A DNA stretch of 64,000 nucleotides from Candidatus Latescibacterota bacterium (GTDB lineage Bacteria > Latescibacterota > UBA2968 > GCA-2709665). Location of the stretch: contig CBDCOX010000002.1 of assembly GCA_965219995.1 (NCBI GenBank), positions 800,001 through 864,000 of the forward strand, read 5' to 3'. Shown piece by piece: positions 38,690 through 48,202 of the stretch (the first letter of the stretch is position 1; each line of letters begins with the position of its first letter). A program made the position numbers and the translations under genes. The notes under the pieces are model-generated. The model was given only the letters and a program-made list of their open reading frames with translations. It made no database searches and had not been told where the DNA came from.

Positions 38690-40432
38690 CTACGCGGCGG
38701 CATCCCCGGCGGAGTCCCTGATCCGGGCCGTTGCCGGGCCGTCCACGTCGAACGCGTCCGGCCTGATGACAACGCCGTATTCCGTTTCGGCGGCCTCCCT
38801 TTGGAAATACCCGCGCTTCACGTCTTCCAGCACCGCCATTGCCGGACGCAGATAAGGGGCGCCGTACCCGCCGCCGCCCGGGGTTTCAAGGCGGAGGCAA
38901 TCGCCTTCGACCATATGAACGCCTTCGTCCTTTGTGATATGCGGTGGACGGTACGCATTGCCGCGCAGGGTGAAGGTGTGTTGCGCCGGCATTCCCGGTT
39001 TCCCGCCGTGCACGCCGAAGGGTCGAAACCGTCCCCGGTCTCCGAGCAGAGAGGCGCTGGCCTCGCCGCGCCGGAGAAGGAACTCGAGCACCACGCCGAA
39101 TCCACCCCGCCGACAGCCGGGTCCTCCGGAGTCCTCGCGCAGGGCATACGTTTTGAAGAGAACCGGATACCTGGATTCGAAGATCTCGAGCGCCTGCGTG
39201 CGGGCGACGGCGATCGTGGGGTTGCCGTTGGTGAGCCCGTCTGTCATGTAATTACCGCCGTAGCCCCCGCCAATGAAGGAGTAGAAGACGAAATACCCTC
39301 TTTCGGGATCGTCTCCGCCGACGGAGAGATTCGTGACGGTCCCCATGGGTCCCGCGTAACAGCGGTCCGGCAAGGCCCGGCTCATTGCGCCCAGCACGGC
39401 GTCGATCATGCGCTGGCAGACTTCCGCCGCGCAGCCCGAGACCGGACGCGGCGGCAGGGCGTGGAGGAAGGTGGTGGATGGGATATTGAAGGAAAAGGGA
39501 TTGAAACAGCCCCTGTTGATGGGAACGTCCGGGAAAAAATGCTTGAAGGCGATGTACACGCCGGCCATGGTCGTACTCAGGACGCTGTTGAGCGGCCCTC
39601 GACAGGGCGGGCTGCTGTCCGAGAGGTCAATATGGACGCTGTCGCCGTCAACAGTCATCTCGAGATGGATATGCAGCGGTTGCCAATCCACGCCGTCACT
39701 GTCCATATACTCGTCGAAGCAGTACCTCCCGTCGGGAATGGTCGAGATATGTTTCCGCATCAGCCGTTCGGAACGAATCTCCAATTCGCCGACGGCCTCG
39801 AGCACGGTCGCTTCGCCGTATCGATCCAGCAGGGCTTCCAGACGATCCGCGCCGAGGTTCAGGGATGCCACCTGCGCGATGATATCTCCCTGACGTTCGT
39901 CGGGCACGCGCACGTTGTGCAGAATGACGTCGACCACGTCCCGATTGAGCCTGCCTTCGTCCATGAGCCTGAGCGGCGGCAGCCGCAAACCTTCCTGGTA
40001 TACTTCCGTGGCTTTCGTGGAAAAACCGCCGGGAACGCGCCCTCCAATGTCCGGCCAGTGTCCGCTGTTGGCCAGATAGAAGGCAAGTTTGTTCCGGTAG
40101 AAGAAAGGTTTGATCAGTTTCACATCCATCAGATGGGTGCCGCCGAGGTAGGGGTCATTGACAATGTAGACGTCGCCATCGGCGGGCTCGGTAAAGTGGG
40201 TGATCGTAGAGCGCACCGTGTGTTGCATCACGCAGATGAAATTCGGCAGGCCGCGCGGCCCCTGCACGATGACCGAGCCGTCGCCGGCGGCATAGATGCC
40301 GCTGGCGCGGTCAAAACCGTCTGAAATCACCGGTGAGAACGCCATGCGTTCCAGCGTGGCATCCATTTCATCGGCGATTTGTTCCAGGCTGCCGCGGATG
40401 ACAGCCAGTGTGATCGGATCCATTGCAGACAT
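38690..40432 (-). CDS. Hydantoinase B/5-oxoprolinase family subunit
   Basis: MDPITL, AFSPVI, NDPYLGGTHL.D, GHWPDIGG, ETPGGGGYG. Confidence 0.92.
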   Translation of the reverse strand: MSAMDPITLAVIRGSLEQIADEMDATLERMAFSPVISDGFDRASGIYAAGDGSVIVQGPRGLPNFICVMQHTVRSTITHFTEPADGDVYIVNDPYLGGTHLMDVKLIKPFFYRNKLAFYLANSGHWPDIGGRVPGGFSTKATEVYQEGLRLPPLRLMDEGRLNRDVVDVILHNVRVPDERQGDIIAQVASLNLGADRLEALLDRYGEATVLEAVGELEIRSERLMRKHISTIPDGRYCFDEYMDSDGVDWQPLHIHLEMTVDGDSVHIDLSDSSPPCRGPLNSVLSTTMAGVYIAFKHFFPDVPINRGCFNPFSFNIPSTTFLHALPPRPVSGCAAEVCQRMIDAVLGAMSRALPDRCYAGPMGTVTNLSVGGDDPERGYFVFYSFIGGGYGGNYMTDGLTNGNPTIAVARTQALEIFESRYPVLFKTYALREDSGGPGCRRGGFGVVLEFLLRRGEASASLLGDRGRFRPFGVHGGKPGMPAQHTFTLRGNAYRPPHITKDEGVHMVEGDCLRLETPGGGGYGAPYLRPAMAVLEDVKRGYFQREAAETEYGVVIRPDAFDVDGPATARIRDSAGDAAA

Positions 40433-40490
40433 GCTCCCGATTGGAGTATGGCAGGCGGACGCAGACAGGATGGACTTTATCAACGGGCTG

Positions 40491-42587
40491 CTAAGGCGGA
40501 GCGCGGCGTCGATCCGCCGGTCGGATGGTTTCGACGAGAAAGCTGCCGCCATCCAACACGCTGGCGCGACTGGAGGGATCCAGCCAGACGGTCGTATCGG
40601 ACTGTTCGATGACGGCCGGACCGGTAAATTCGGAACCCCAGGGAATCCTGGAACGCTCGTACGTGGGGCACCGGACGAACGCGTCGTGGACCCAGACGTC
40701 TCGGCTGCCCTTGTACGCCTGATCCAGCGTTGTCGGGGGCGGGGTCAGCAGCGAGCCAAGAGCGCGGTGTTTCCTCACGCCGATTACGGAGGTCCTCAGG
40801 TTCAGCAGTCGAACGGGGATGCCGTCCAGCAGAGCCTCCAGACCGTCGAACCCGCTGTGCGCACTTCCGTAACGCTGAAGGTACGACGCCCTGAAGCGCA
40901 TCGCGATGCGTTCGGGGCTTGTATCGCCGTCCGGCAAAAGGGTGCGGATCACGTGGGTCTGGCCTTCGTACGCGATGTCGGCTTCACGTAACAGATGAAT
41001 ACGGCTCAGGGGAAGGGTCACCTGCTTCAGGAATGCATTTCCACGCGCCAGGTCTTCTTCGAAGATACGCCGGACTTCGCTGGTGTCCAGCTCGTCGAGA
41101 CGGCGGTTGACCATCGTTACGTAGTCGCGCTTCACGTCCGCGATCGCGCAGCCCCACGCGGATGCGAGGCCAGGGTGAAAGGGGACGAGCCCGCGTGGGA
41201 TACCGAGTTCGTCCATCAGAAAGCCCACCAGCAGGGGACCGCTTCCGCCAAAGGCGAAAAGGGCGAAGTCTCTTGGGTCCCGGCCGCGATCGATGGAGAT
41301 TCGCCGGAGGCTGCCGGCGATGCGGTTGTTGGTTACGGCGACGACGGCCTGTGCCGCCGCCTCGGTCGAGAGGCCGAGAGGACCGCCGACGTGGGCTTCC
41401 AGCGCCAACCTCGCTTTCGGCAGGTCGAACGAAAACCCCGCCTGGCCGGCGATGGGGTATTCCGGATTGATTCGGCCCAGCACGAGGTTCGCATCGGTTA
41501 ACGTTGGCAGACGGCCGCCTCTTCCGTAACAGGCCGGTCCCGGATCCGCACCGGCGCTCTCCGGGCCGACTTGAAGGATGCCGCCCTCGTCGATGCGCGC
41601 AATGCTGCCGCCGCCCGCGCCGACGGTCTGGATGTCGACCATGGAAAGCAGGATTGGAATGCCGAAATCCAGCTCAGTTCCGTGAGCCTGCACAGGAATG
41701 CCGTCCGTGATCAGCGAGACGTCCAGGCTGGTGCCGCCCATATCGTAGGCAATGAGATTGCGGATTTCGCTCTCCGCGGCGATGGCCGTCGCGGCGATAA
41801 CGCCCGCCGCCGGCCCCGAAAGCACGGTCTGAACCGCGTATCGACCGGCTTCGTCGGCAGGCACCATGCCACCGTTGGATTGCATGACGAGCAGATCGGT
41901 ACGATAGCCCCTGCGCGTCAGGCTTCGTTCCAGATTGGCCAGATAGCGGCTGACAACGGGTTGGACGTACGCGTTCACTACGGCCGTGCTGGTGCGTTCG
42001 AATTCCCGGATGAGCGGCAGGATCTCCGCGGATGCGACCACGTGCAGATCCGGGTAGCGTTTCTCAATGAGCGATTTCGCTTGCCGCTCGTGGATCGGGT
42101 TGGCGTACGAGTTCATAAACGAGACGACGATCGCGTCGACGTTTTTCGCCGCAAGCTCCTCCGCGCAGGAGATGACCGCATCCTCGTCGAGCGGAACCAG
42201 CACGTCGCCCTCGGCCGAAATACGCTCCGCCACCTCCAGTCGGCGGTCCCGGGGAATGAGAGGTTCATAGGTCCCGGTAAGACCGTAGAGATGGGGCCGG
42301 TCCCGTCGACGGAGTTCCAGAATATCTCGGAAACCCTCGGTGGCGATCAGGCCGCACAACCCGCCCTTGCGTTCCAGGACCGCATTCGTTGCAACGGTCG
42401 TTCCGTGGATGACCAGTTCGATTTCGCCGCCGGCGGCGCCGAGTGCATCCAGCCCTTCAATCAATCCCTGTGACGGATCTTCCGGCGTCGTCGGGACTTT
42501 CCCCACGATCAGGGACGGCCCGGCGTCATCCAGAATGAGCATGTCCGTAAACGTCCCACCTATGTCGACACCGACAATCCGTGACAT
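40491..42587 (-). CDS. Hydantoinase A/5-oxoprolinase family subunit
   Basis: GVDIGGTFTD, HGTTVATNA, SGPAAG, DMGGTS, GAGGGSIA, GPESAGADPGPACY. Confidence 0.92.
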   Translation of the reverse strand: MSRIVGVDIGGTFTDMLILDDAGPSLIVGKVPTTPEDPSQGLIEGLDALGAAGGEIELVIHGTTVATNAVLERKGGLCGLIATEGFRDILELRRRDRPHLYGLTGTYEPLIPRDRRLEVAERISAEGDVLVPLDEDAVISCAEELAAKNVDAIVVSFMNSYANPIHERQAKSLIEKRYPDLHVVASAEILPLIREFERTSTAVVNAYVQPVVSRYLANLERSLTRRGYRTDLLVMQSNGGMVPADEAGRYAVQTVLSGPAAGVIAATAIAAESEIRNLIAYDMGGTSLDVSLITDGIPVQAHGTELDFGIPILLSMVDIQTVGAGGGSIARIDEGGILQVGPESAGADPGPACYGRGGRLPTLTDANLVLGRINPEYPIAGQAGFSFDLPKARLALEAHVGGPLGLSTEAAAQAVVAVTNNRIAGSLRRISIDRGRDPRDFALFAFGGSGPLLVGFLMDELGIPRGLVPFHPGLASAWGCAIADVKRDYVTMVNRRLDELDTSEVRRIFEEDLARGNAFLKQVTLPLSRIHLLREADIAYEGQTHVIRTLLPDGDTSPERIAMRFRASYLQRYGSAHSGFDGLEALLDGIPVRLLNLRTSVIGVRKHRALGSLLTPPPTTLDQAYKGSRDVWVHDAFVRCPTYERSRIPWGSEFTGPAVIEQSDTTVWLDPSSRASVLDGGSFLVETIRPADRRRAPP

Positions 42588-42919
42588 GACGTTACCCCTG
42601 CCGGGTGGATGGCTTTCAGACCGGGGTTCCGGTCGAATGAATACGTGCAGCCCGTCTGGAGAATGGCGAACCGCCTGCGAGACAGGACACAAGCGCTCGT
42701 GGTTTGAACGACAGCCAGAACTTAGACGATCAACAGATGCGCGTCAACCCAAAAACAGATATAAGGGTTGATAGGGGCTGCCGGCGGCGTTCGCGATCAT
42801 AAGCGCAGCGAAGTGCGCGTCTCCGCGTTTTCAGTTTGACCGGGTCGGATACTTCCGTTAGATTTGGGTGGTTTTGTCAGGGAATTGACACGATTCTTAC
42901 GCCTGCGGGGATAATTCCT

Positions 42920-43672
42920 ATGCCGAGAGGCCGTTGCCATTTCGCGTTGCTGGCGGCCCTGCACGATCGATTTCGCTCGGAGTGCCCCCCGGCAGCAGCG
43001 CTTGCGGATGCATTTACGCCCGACATGCTCGCCGGCGCCTGCGCGCCGGACGGACTGCGATTTGTGGGCAAACAGGGGAAATTCGACACGCACTTCTACA
43101 CCGACGGCCGGCGGGAGACGTGGGGACGGTCGGTTGCCGGACTGTTCGCCGCGCATCCCGATCTGGCCGATCCGGATCGCCTTTCGGATGGGGACGTGGC
43201 GGTGATGATCGGATATATCTGTCATCTGACCACCGACGAGGCGTTCCGCGATGAAGTCACGGTGCATGTCTATGGCGTCGAAAACTGGCGACCGGTGATT
43301 ATGGGGTTGTGGTCGATGGTGGACGAGTTTTCAATCGTCAACACAACGTACCAATCCGAAATCCATCGCTTCGGGCGCCGCGACAATGTCGGATTCATCG
43401 ACTGCGGGGTCGTGGGTCGGTACCTGGACATGGTCAAGCCATGGACGATCGAGGAAGACCCCTGGGAGGTGGAACGCATCTTTCTGAGATTGAGGCGCTG
43501 CGAGTTGAGGGAAGACGAAGCGCGCCGAGCCTGGGAAGACAACCTCAGGCTGGCGGCGCCGTTTCTGGACCGCAAACGGCGAATGCGCTTCTATAGATCG
43601 GCCGTAAACTCGGGGATGGCGGAGACCGTGCGATATCTGGAACGGGTCTATGCGCCAAAACAAGGGAGCTGA
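42920..43672 (+). CDS. Zinc-dependent phospholipase C-like protein
   Basis: MP...H, G...PD, THFY, GYICHL..D motifs. Confidence 0.6.
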   Translation: MPRGRCHFALLAALHDRFRSECPPAAALADAFTPDMLAGACAPDGLRFVGKQGKFDTHFYTDGRRETWGRSVAGLFAAHPDLADPDRLSDGDVAVMIGYICHLTTDEAFRDEVTVHVYGVENWRPVIMGLWSMVDEFSIVNTTYQSEIHRFGRRDNVGFIDCGVVGRYLDMVKPWTIEEDPWEVERIFLRLRRCELREDEARRAWEDNLRLAAPFLDRKRRMRFYRSAVNSGMAETVRYLERVYAPKQGS

Positions 43673-43674
43673 TT

Positions 43675-44703
43675 ATGGCAGCGTATCGTGTGGGTGTGAT
43701 CGGTTGCCGGACGATAGGAGATCAACATGCATCCGGCCTCATCGGGCTCGAGAACGTGACGCTGGCGGCCGCCTGCGACCTGGAGGTGAAGACGCTTGCG
43801 GGTTTCGGAGACACGTGGCGGCCCGATTGGCCGGAGCTCAATCTTTACACGGATCACCGTGAGATGCTGGAGCGGGAGGAACTCGACATTGTCACGGTGG
43901 CGACGTCCGACCACCGGCACGCGGACCTGGTCGTGGATGCGGCCAACGCGGGCGCAAAGGGGATCTTTTGCGAAAAACCCCTCGCCACCAATCTGGCTGA
44001 CGCGGACCGGATGGTATACGCCGCCGAACGCAACGGCGCGATTCTATCCGTCGATCACACGAGGCGTTTTCAACCTCTGTGGCGCCACATCAAGGAGCAG
44101 ATCGTGGATGATGGCGAGATCGGCCCGGTTCAGTACATCGTGGGAGGGTTGAACGGACCGCGATCGATGTTGTTCAGAAACGGCACCCACCTCGTGGATT
44201 CGATATGTTATTTCGCAGATTCGGAACCGGACTGGGTGTTCGCGGAACTGGAAACGGGATATGAGGAATACTCGGAGTACAGAGGCGATGGCGGCCACGA
44301 TCCGGCAACCGAGCCGTCGGCCAGCGGCTATATTCATTTCGCCAACGGCGTGAGGGGATTCTTCACCGGAGGCTCGAAAGTCTCCGCGGATCCCAAGTTC
44401 AGGTGCGAAATCGTGGGCACAACCGGATACGTCGACGTCGGCCGCGAGGGCGCCGTGCTCGTCCGCGGCGTCGAAAGGGAGAAGATCAGGGCGCCCGAGT
44501 GGCCGGTAAGCGGCATTCCCGCCGGGGTACAGGAGTTGGTGCGTCTGGTTGATGAAGGCGGCCACCCGGTTTCGCCGGCAAAGGACGCGCACCGGGTCGT
44601 CGAGATTATGATCGGATTCCTCGAGTCGCAGCGACTGGGGAACGTGCGGGTGGATCTGCCCATTCCGATCGAACGGAGGGGAAAGTTGCGGACGGAGACG
44701 TGA
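43675..44703 (+). CDS. Gfo/Idh/MocA family oxidoreductase
   Basis: VGVIGC, IFCEKPLA, GTH.VD. Confidence 0.9.
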   Translation: MAAYRVGVIGCRTIGDQHASGLIGLENVTLAAACDLEVKTLAGFGDTWRPDWPELNLYTDHREMLEREELDIVTVATSDHRHADLVVDAANAGAKGIFCEKPLATNLADADRMVYAAERNGAILSVDHTRRFQPLWRHIKEQIVDDGEIGPVQYIVGGLNGPRSMLFRNGTHLVDSICYFADSEPDWVFAELETGYEEYSEYRGDGGHDPATEPSASGYIHFANGVRGFFTGGSKVSADPKFRCEIVGTTGYVDVGREGAVLVRGVEREKIRAPEWPVSGIPAGVQELVRLVDEGGHPVSPAKDAHRVVEIMIGFLESQRLGNVRVDLPIPIERRGKLRTET

Positions 44704-44909
44704 AAAATCCCCGATAAAGCTTGCCCGGCGCCTGAAAAGGCCCTATTTTAATCATTCTTGATCCGATTCGAGCTGGCGTACTGTCCCGAATCGTTCGCCT
44801 GCGACCACGAGGACTTGCCCGCGGCCCGGTCCGTCTATCGGGCCGGATTGAGTTCGGATTGCATCGCCTCCAGGTAAACGGCGCATCGACAGAAGAGGAG
44901 AACCCGGAC

Positions 44910-45299
44910 ATGTTGAACTTCGAACATACGGCATTTCTGGTTGACGATACGAGGGCAGTCGCGGATTGGTGGTGCAGACATCTGGGCATGGAAGTGGTCC
45001 GGTACGGCGGTCCCCCTTCCCACATGACCTTCCTGCGAGACGCCTCCGGAAAAACCATGTTCGAAATTTATGAGAAAGACTCGCTGGAGACGCCAGACTA
45101 CGCATCGATGCATGTCTCGGTTCTCCACTTCGCGTTCTATACTGACGATATCGAAAGGGAACGGGACCGGCTGCTTGCCGCGGGGGCGTCGATCGTGGAC
45201 GACGTGTATACGACGGACGTTGGCGATCAGCTGGCGATGCTACGTGACCCCTGGGGGGTGGCAATTCAGGTCCTCAAGCGGAAGGATCCCATGGGTTGA
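44910..45299 (+). CDS. VOC/glyoxalase family protein
   Basis: FEHTAF.V.D, LHFAFY.DDI, LRDPWG; GAGGAG RBS. Confidence 0.88.
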   Translation: MLNFEHTAFLVDDTRAVADWWCRHLGMEVVRYGGPPSHMTFLRDASGKTMFEIYEKDSLETPDYASMHVSVLHFAFYTDDIERERDRLLAAGASIVDDVYTTDVGDQLAMLRDPWGVAIQVLKRKDPMG

Positions 45300-45349
45300 G
45301 GACGAACCGGCCGCAAATGACGGTCGGGTAGCCGCAATCGCCAGGAGGA

Positions 45350-46390
45350 ATGATGCCGACCATCGACGTTGAGTCGCTGGAACAGATTTGCGCGGAGGTC
45401 ATGACGGGCGCGGGTGTGTCCGGCGCGGAGGCGCGCCGGATTTCTCATTCGCTCGTTCTCGCGAATCTGATGGGCCATGATTCCCATGGCGTAATCAGAC
45501 TTCCGCAGTACGTCCAGGCACTCGAGGACGGGATTGTAAAGGCCGGGCGTGAAATTCGCGTTACCAGGGAGGCCGACGCATCGGCGGTGGTCGACGGGCA
45601 GTGGGGCTTCGGGCAGACAGTTTGTGCGCAGGCCATGGAACTGGCGATGAAAAAGGCCCGTGAAAGATCCGTCGCCGCGATCGAGCTATTCAACAGCAGC
45701 CATATCGGGCGCCTCGGAGAATACGTGGAACAGGCCGCGGAAAGCGGCCTCATCGGTATCGTTATGTGCAACAATCACGGCGGCGGCCGGCTGCTTTCGC
45801 CATTTGGCGGCATTGACGCCCGGATGTCTCCGAATCCCGTTGCCGTCGGCGTTCCGACGGGAGGGGATTTTCCGATCGTCGTTGATATGACGACCAGCGT
45901 GGTTGCCGAAGGGAAGATTCGCGTGAAGCGGAACCGGGACGAACCTCTGCCGCAGGGCTGGGCGATTGACGCGGAGGGCAGTCCCGCGAAACGGCCGGAC
46001 GACTTCTACGGTCCGCCGCGGGGGGCGATCCTGCCATTCGGCGGGAATTCAGCACACAAGGGATACGCGCTGGCCGTGGTCATCGACATTCTCTCCGGCG
46101 CCCTGGGCGGTGGCGGGTGCAGCCGTGACGGGGCGCCGTCCGGCGGCAACGGTGTATTTCTGATGGCGGTCGACATCCAGGCATTTACCCCGCCGGACCG
46201 GTTCCGCGAGGAAGTGGACGGCTTCGTCGGCTATTTGAAGAGTTCAAGGCTCCTGCCGGGGTTCGACAGGATTCACCTGCCCGGTGAAATCGAGTATCGT
46301 CTTCGCCGGGAGCGTGAAACCGCGGGTGTCTCTCTGGATGAAGAAACCTGGCGACAGATCTGCGAGACGGGTAACAGCGTCGGGGCGTAA
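45350..46390 (+). CDS. Ldh_2 family (type 2 malate/lactate/sulfolactate) dehydrogenase
   Basis: GHDSHG, HIGRLGEY, NP.A.GVP, DMTTS.VA.GK, HKGY.L. Confidence 0.9.
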   Translation: MMPTIDVESLEQICAEVMTGAGVSGAEARRISHSLVLANLMGHDSHGVIRLPQYVQALEDGIVKAGREIRVTREADASAVVDGQWGFGQTVCAQAMELAMKKARERSVAAIELFNSSHIGRLGEYVEQAAESGLIGIVMCNNHGGGRLLSPFGGIDARMSPNPVAVGVPTGGDFPIVVDMTTSVVAEGKIRVKRNRDEPLPQGWAIDAEGSPAKRPDDFYGPPRGAILPFGGNSAHKGYALAVVIDILSGALGGGGCSRDGAPSGGNGVFLMAVDIQAFTPPDRFREEVDGFVGYLKSSRLLPGFDRIHLPGEIEYRLRRERETAGVSLDEETWRQICETGNSVGA

Positions 46391-46519
46391 GCCTTTGAGG
46401 TACGGTTGAATCAGGTCGCCCGTCCGGTTCGTGTTTCAGCCCAGCCGCACGCGGCGCGGCAATAGCGCACCTTCAGGACGATCAACCAGAGACTCGAAAT
46501 TGCATACCGGAGGTCAGCG

Positions 46520-47290
46520 ATGGCGAAGATCAGGATCACGCTTCTGGGTCACGCGTCGTTCCGCCTGGAACCCGATTCGGGCGAGGTGGTTTATTTCGAC
46601 CCGTGGCTGAATAACAACCCCACGACCGAATTGAGTGTGTCCGACATCGCACACGCAGACGTGGTGATCGCGACGCACGGACACGACGACCATCTCGGCG
46701 ACTCCTTTGCGATCTGCAAGCAGACCGGAGCCGTATTTGCGGGCAACTACGAACTCTGCCTGACCGCCGAGAAGAACGGGCTGACGCTGGGAGAACAGGC
46801 CCGTCCGATGAATCCGGGCGGCACCATCGACGTGAACGGGGTGCGCATTACCGCGACTCAGGCTTTCCATTCGCAGTCCATGTCGCCAAACCAGTCGCTG
46901 GGCGAGGCGCCGGACGATGAGTACTTCCGGCCGGACGGCGGCGTTTGCGGTATCGTGATGCACTTTTCGAACGGGATTTCCGTTTACGATACGGCCGATA
47001 CGGCGCTGTTCAGCGATATGCAGTTGATCAGCCAGATGTACGGCCCTCAAGTGGCCATCGTCCCGGTTGGCGGGTTGTTTACGATGGGTATCCGGGAGGC
47101 GGCCCGGGCCGCGAGTCTGATTCGCCCGGACATCGTCATTCCGTGTCACTACGGAGACGCGGTGGGTCAGCCCGCGGATATCGATGCCTTCTCGGAAATG
47201 ATCGGATTTCTGTCGCCCAATACGAAGGTCGTCAAGCTCGACCCCGGTCAGGCTGTGACCTATGCGTCCGCCAGCTACCGGGTTTCCTGA
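46520..47290 (+). CDS. Metallo-beta-lactamase fold hydrolase (UPF0173-like)
   Basis: LGHASF, THGHDDH, DTALFSDM, FTMG, IPCHY. Confidence 0.88.
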   Translation: MAKIRITLLGHASFRLEPDSGEVVYFDPWLNNNPTTELSVSDIAHADVVIATHGHDDHLGDSFAICKQTGAVFAGNYELCLTAEKNGLTLGEQARPMNPGGTIDVNGVRITATQAFHSQSMSPNQSLGEAPDDEYFRPDGGVCGIVMHFSNGISVYDTADTALFSDMQLISQMYGPQVAIVPVGGLFTMGIREAARAASLIRPDIVIPCHYGDAVGQPADIDAFSEMIGFLSPNTKVVKLDPGQAVTYASASYRVS

Positions 47291-47314
47291 ATCCGGAAAG
47301 ACAGGGAGGTCCGC

Positions 47315-48130
47315 GTGGCGAAGGAGCTGACCAACGCCATTGTATCTCAAAAAATCGAACTTGCGCCGGAGCTGATCATCCTGCAGGTGAAGGCGGACGG
47401 CTGGGAACTTCCGGAATTCGAGCCCGGTCAGTTCGCGGTTCTCGGCCTTCCGGGCAGGGCCCCGAGAAGCGAACAGTCTGATCCGGAAGAGGAGACCCCC
47501 GATGCAAGCCGGTTGATTCGTCGGGCGTATTCGATCGCGTCCTCATCCAGGTCGAGAGACCATATGGAATTCTACATCAACGTGGTTCGGTCCGGCGCAC
47601 TGACGCCCAGGCTGTTCGCACTCGAACAGGGCGACCGCGTCTGGTTGGGGCCCAAGGTGTCAGGTGCGTTCACGCTTGACAAAGCGCCGTGTACCGCAGA
47701 CGTCGTGCTCGTTGCCACGGGGACGGGCCTCGCACCTTATATGAGCATGATGCGCACCCGCTTGCCGGAAGACAACGGTCGACGATTTGCGGTCCTGCAC
47801 GGAGCGAGGCAATCCTGGGACCTCGGATACCGGTCGGAACTCAGTATCATGCAGCAACTCTGCGGCAATCTCACGTATCTGTCACTGATCAGCCGCCCGG
47901 CCAACGAACACGTGCGCTGGAGCGGCATGACCGGATATGTGCAGGACCTCTGGGCGGGAGGCTGTCTGGACCGGGCATGGGGAAGACACCCGAAACCTGA
48001 GGATACGCAGGTTTTCCTGTGCGGAAACCCGAAAATGTGCGAAGATATGCTCGCCCTTCTCGAATCCGAAGGATTCAGCGAGCATACCCGAAAGGCAGCG
48101 GGACAGGTTCATATCGAGCGGTACTGGTAG
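47315..48130 (+). CDS. Ferredoxin-NADP(+) reductase
   Basis: RRAYSIAS, GALTP.L, ATGTGLAPY, LCGNP.M, terminal ERYW. Confidence 0.9.
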   Translation: MAKELTNAIVSQKIELAPELIILQVKADGWELPEFEPGQFAVLGLPGRAPRSEQSDPEEETPDASRLIRRAYSIASSSRSRDHMEFYINVVRSGALTPRLFALEQGDRVWLGPKVSGAFTLDKAPCTADVVLVATGTGLAPYMSMMRTRLPEDNGRRFAVLHGARQSWDLGYRSELSIMQQLCGNLTYLSLISRPANEHVRWSGMTGYVQDLWAGGCLDRAWGRHPKPEDTQVFLCGNPKMCEDMLALLESEGFSEHTRKAAGQVHIERYW

Positions 48131-48202
48131 GGGACGGCGGTTGCCTGCATACGGGATCGGGGAAGGACGGCGATTCGATCAACGGTTCCCGCGGAGCGCG
48201 CA

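Noticed and set aside
47288-47317. TGA of the MBL hydrolase is in frame with the downstream FNR gene (possible readthrough fusion)
   Set aside because: Both proteins are complete, FNR has its own GGGAGG RBS, and there is no Cys-like context or SECIS-like hairpin.
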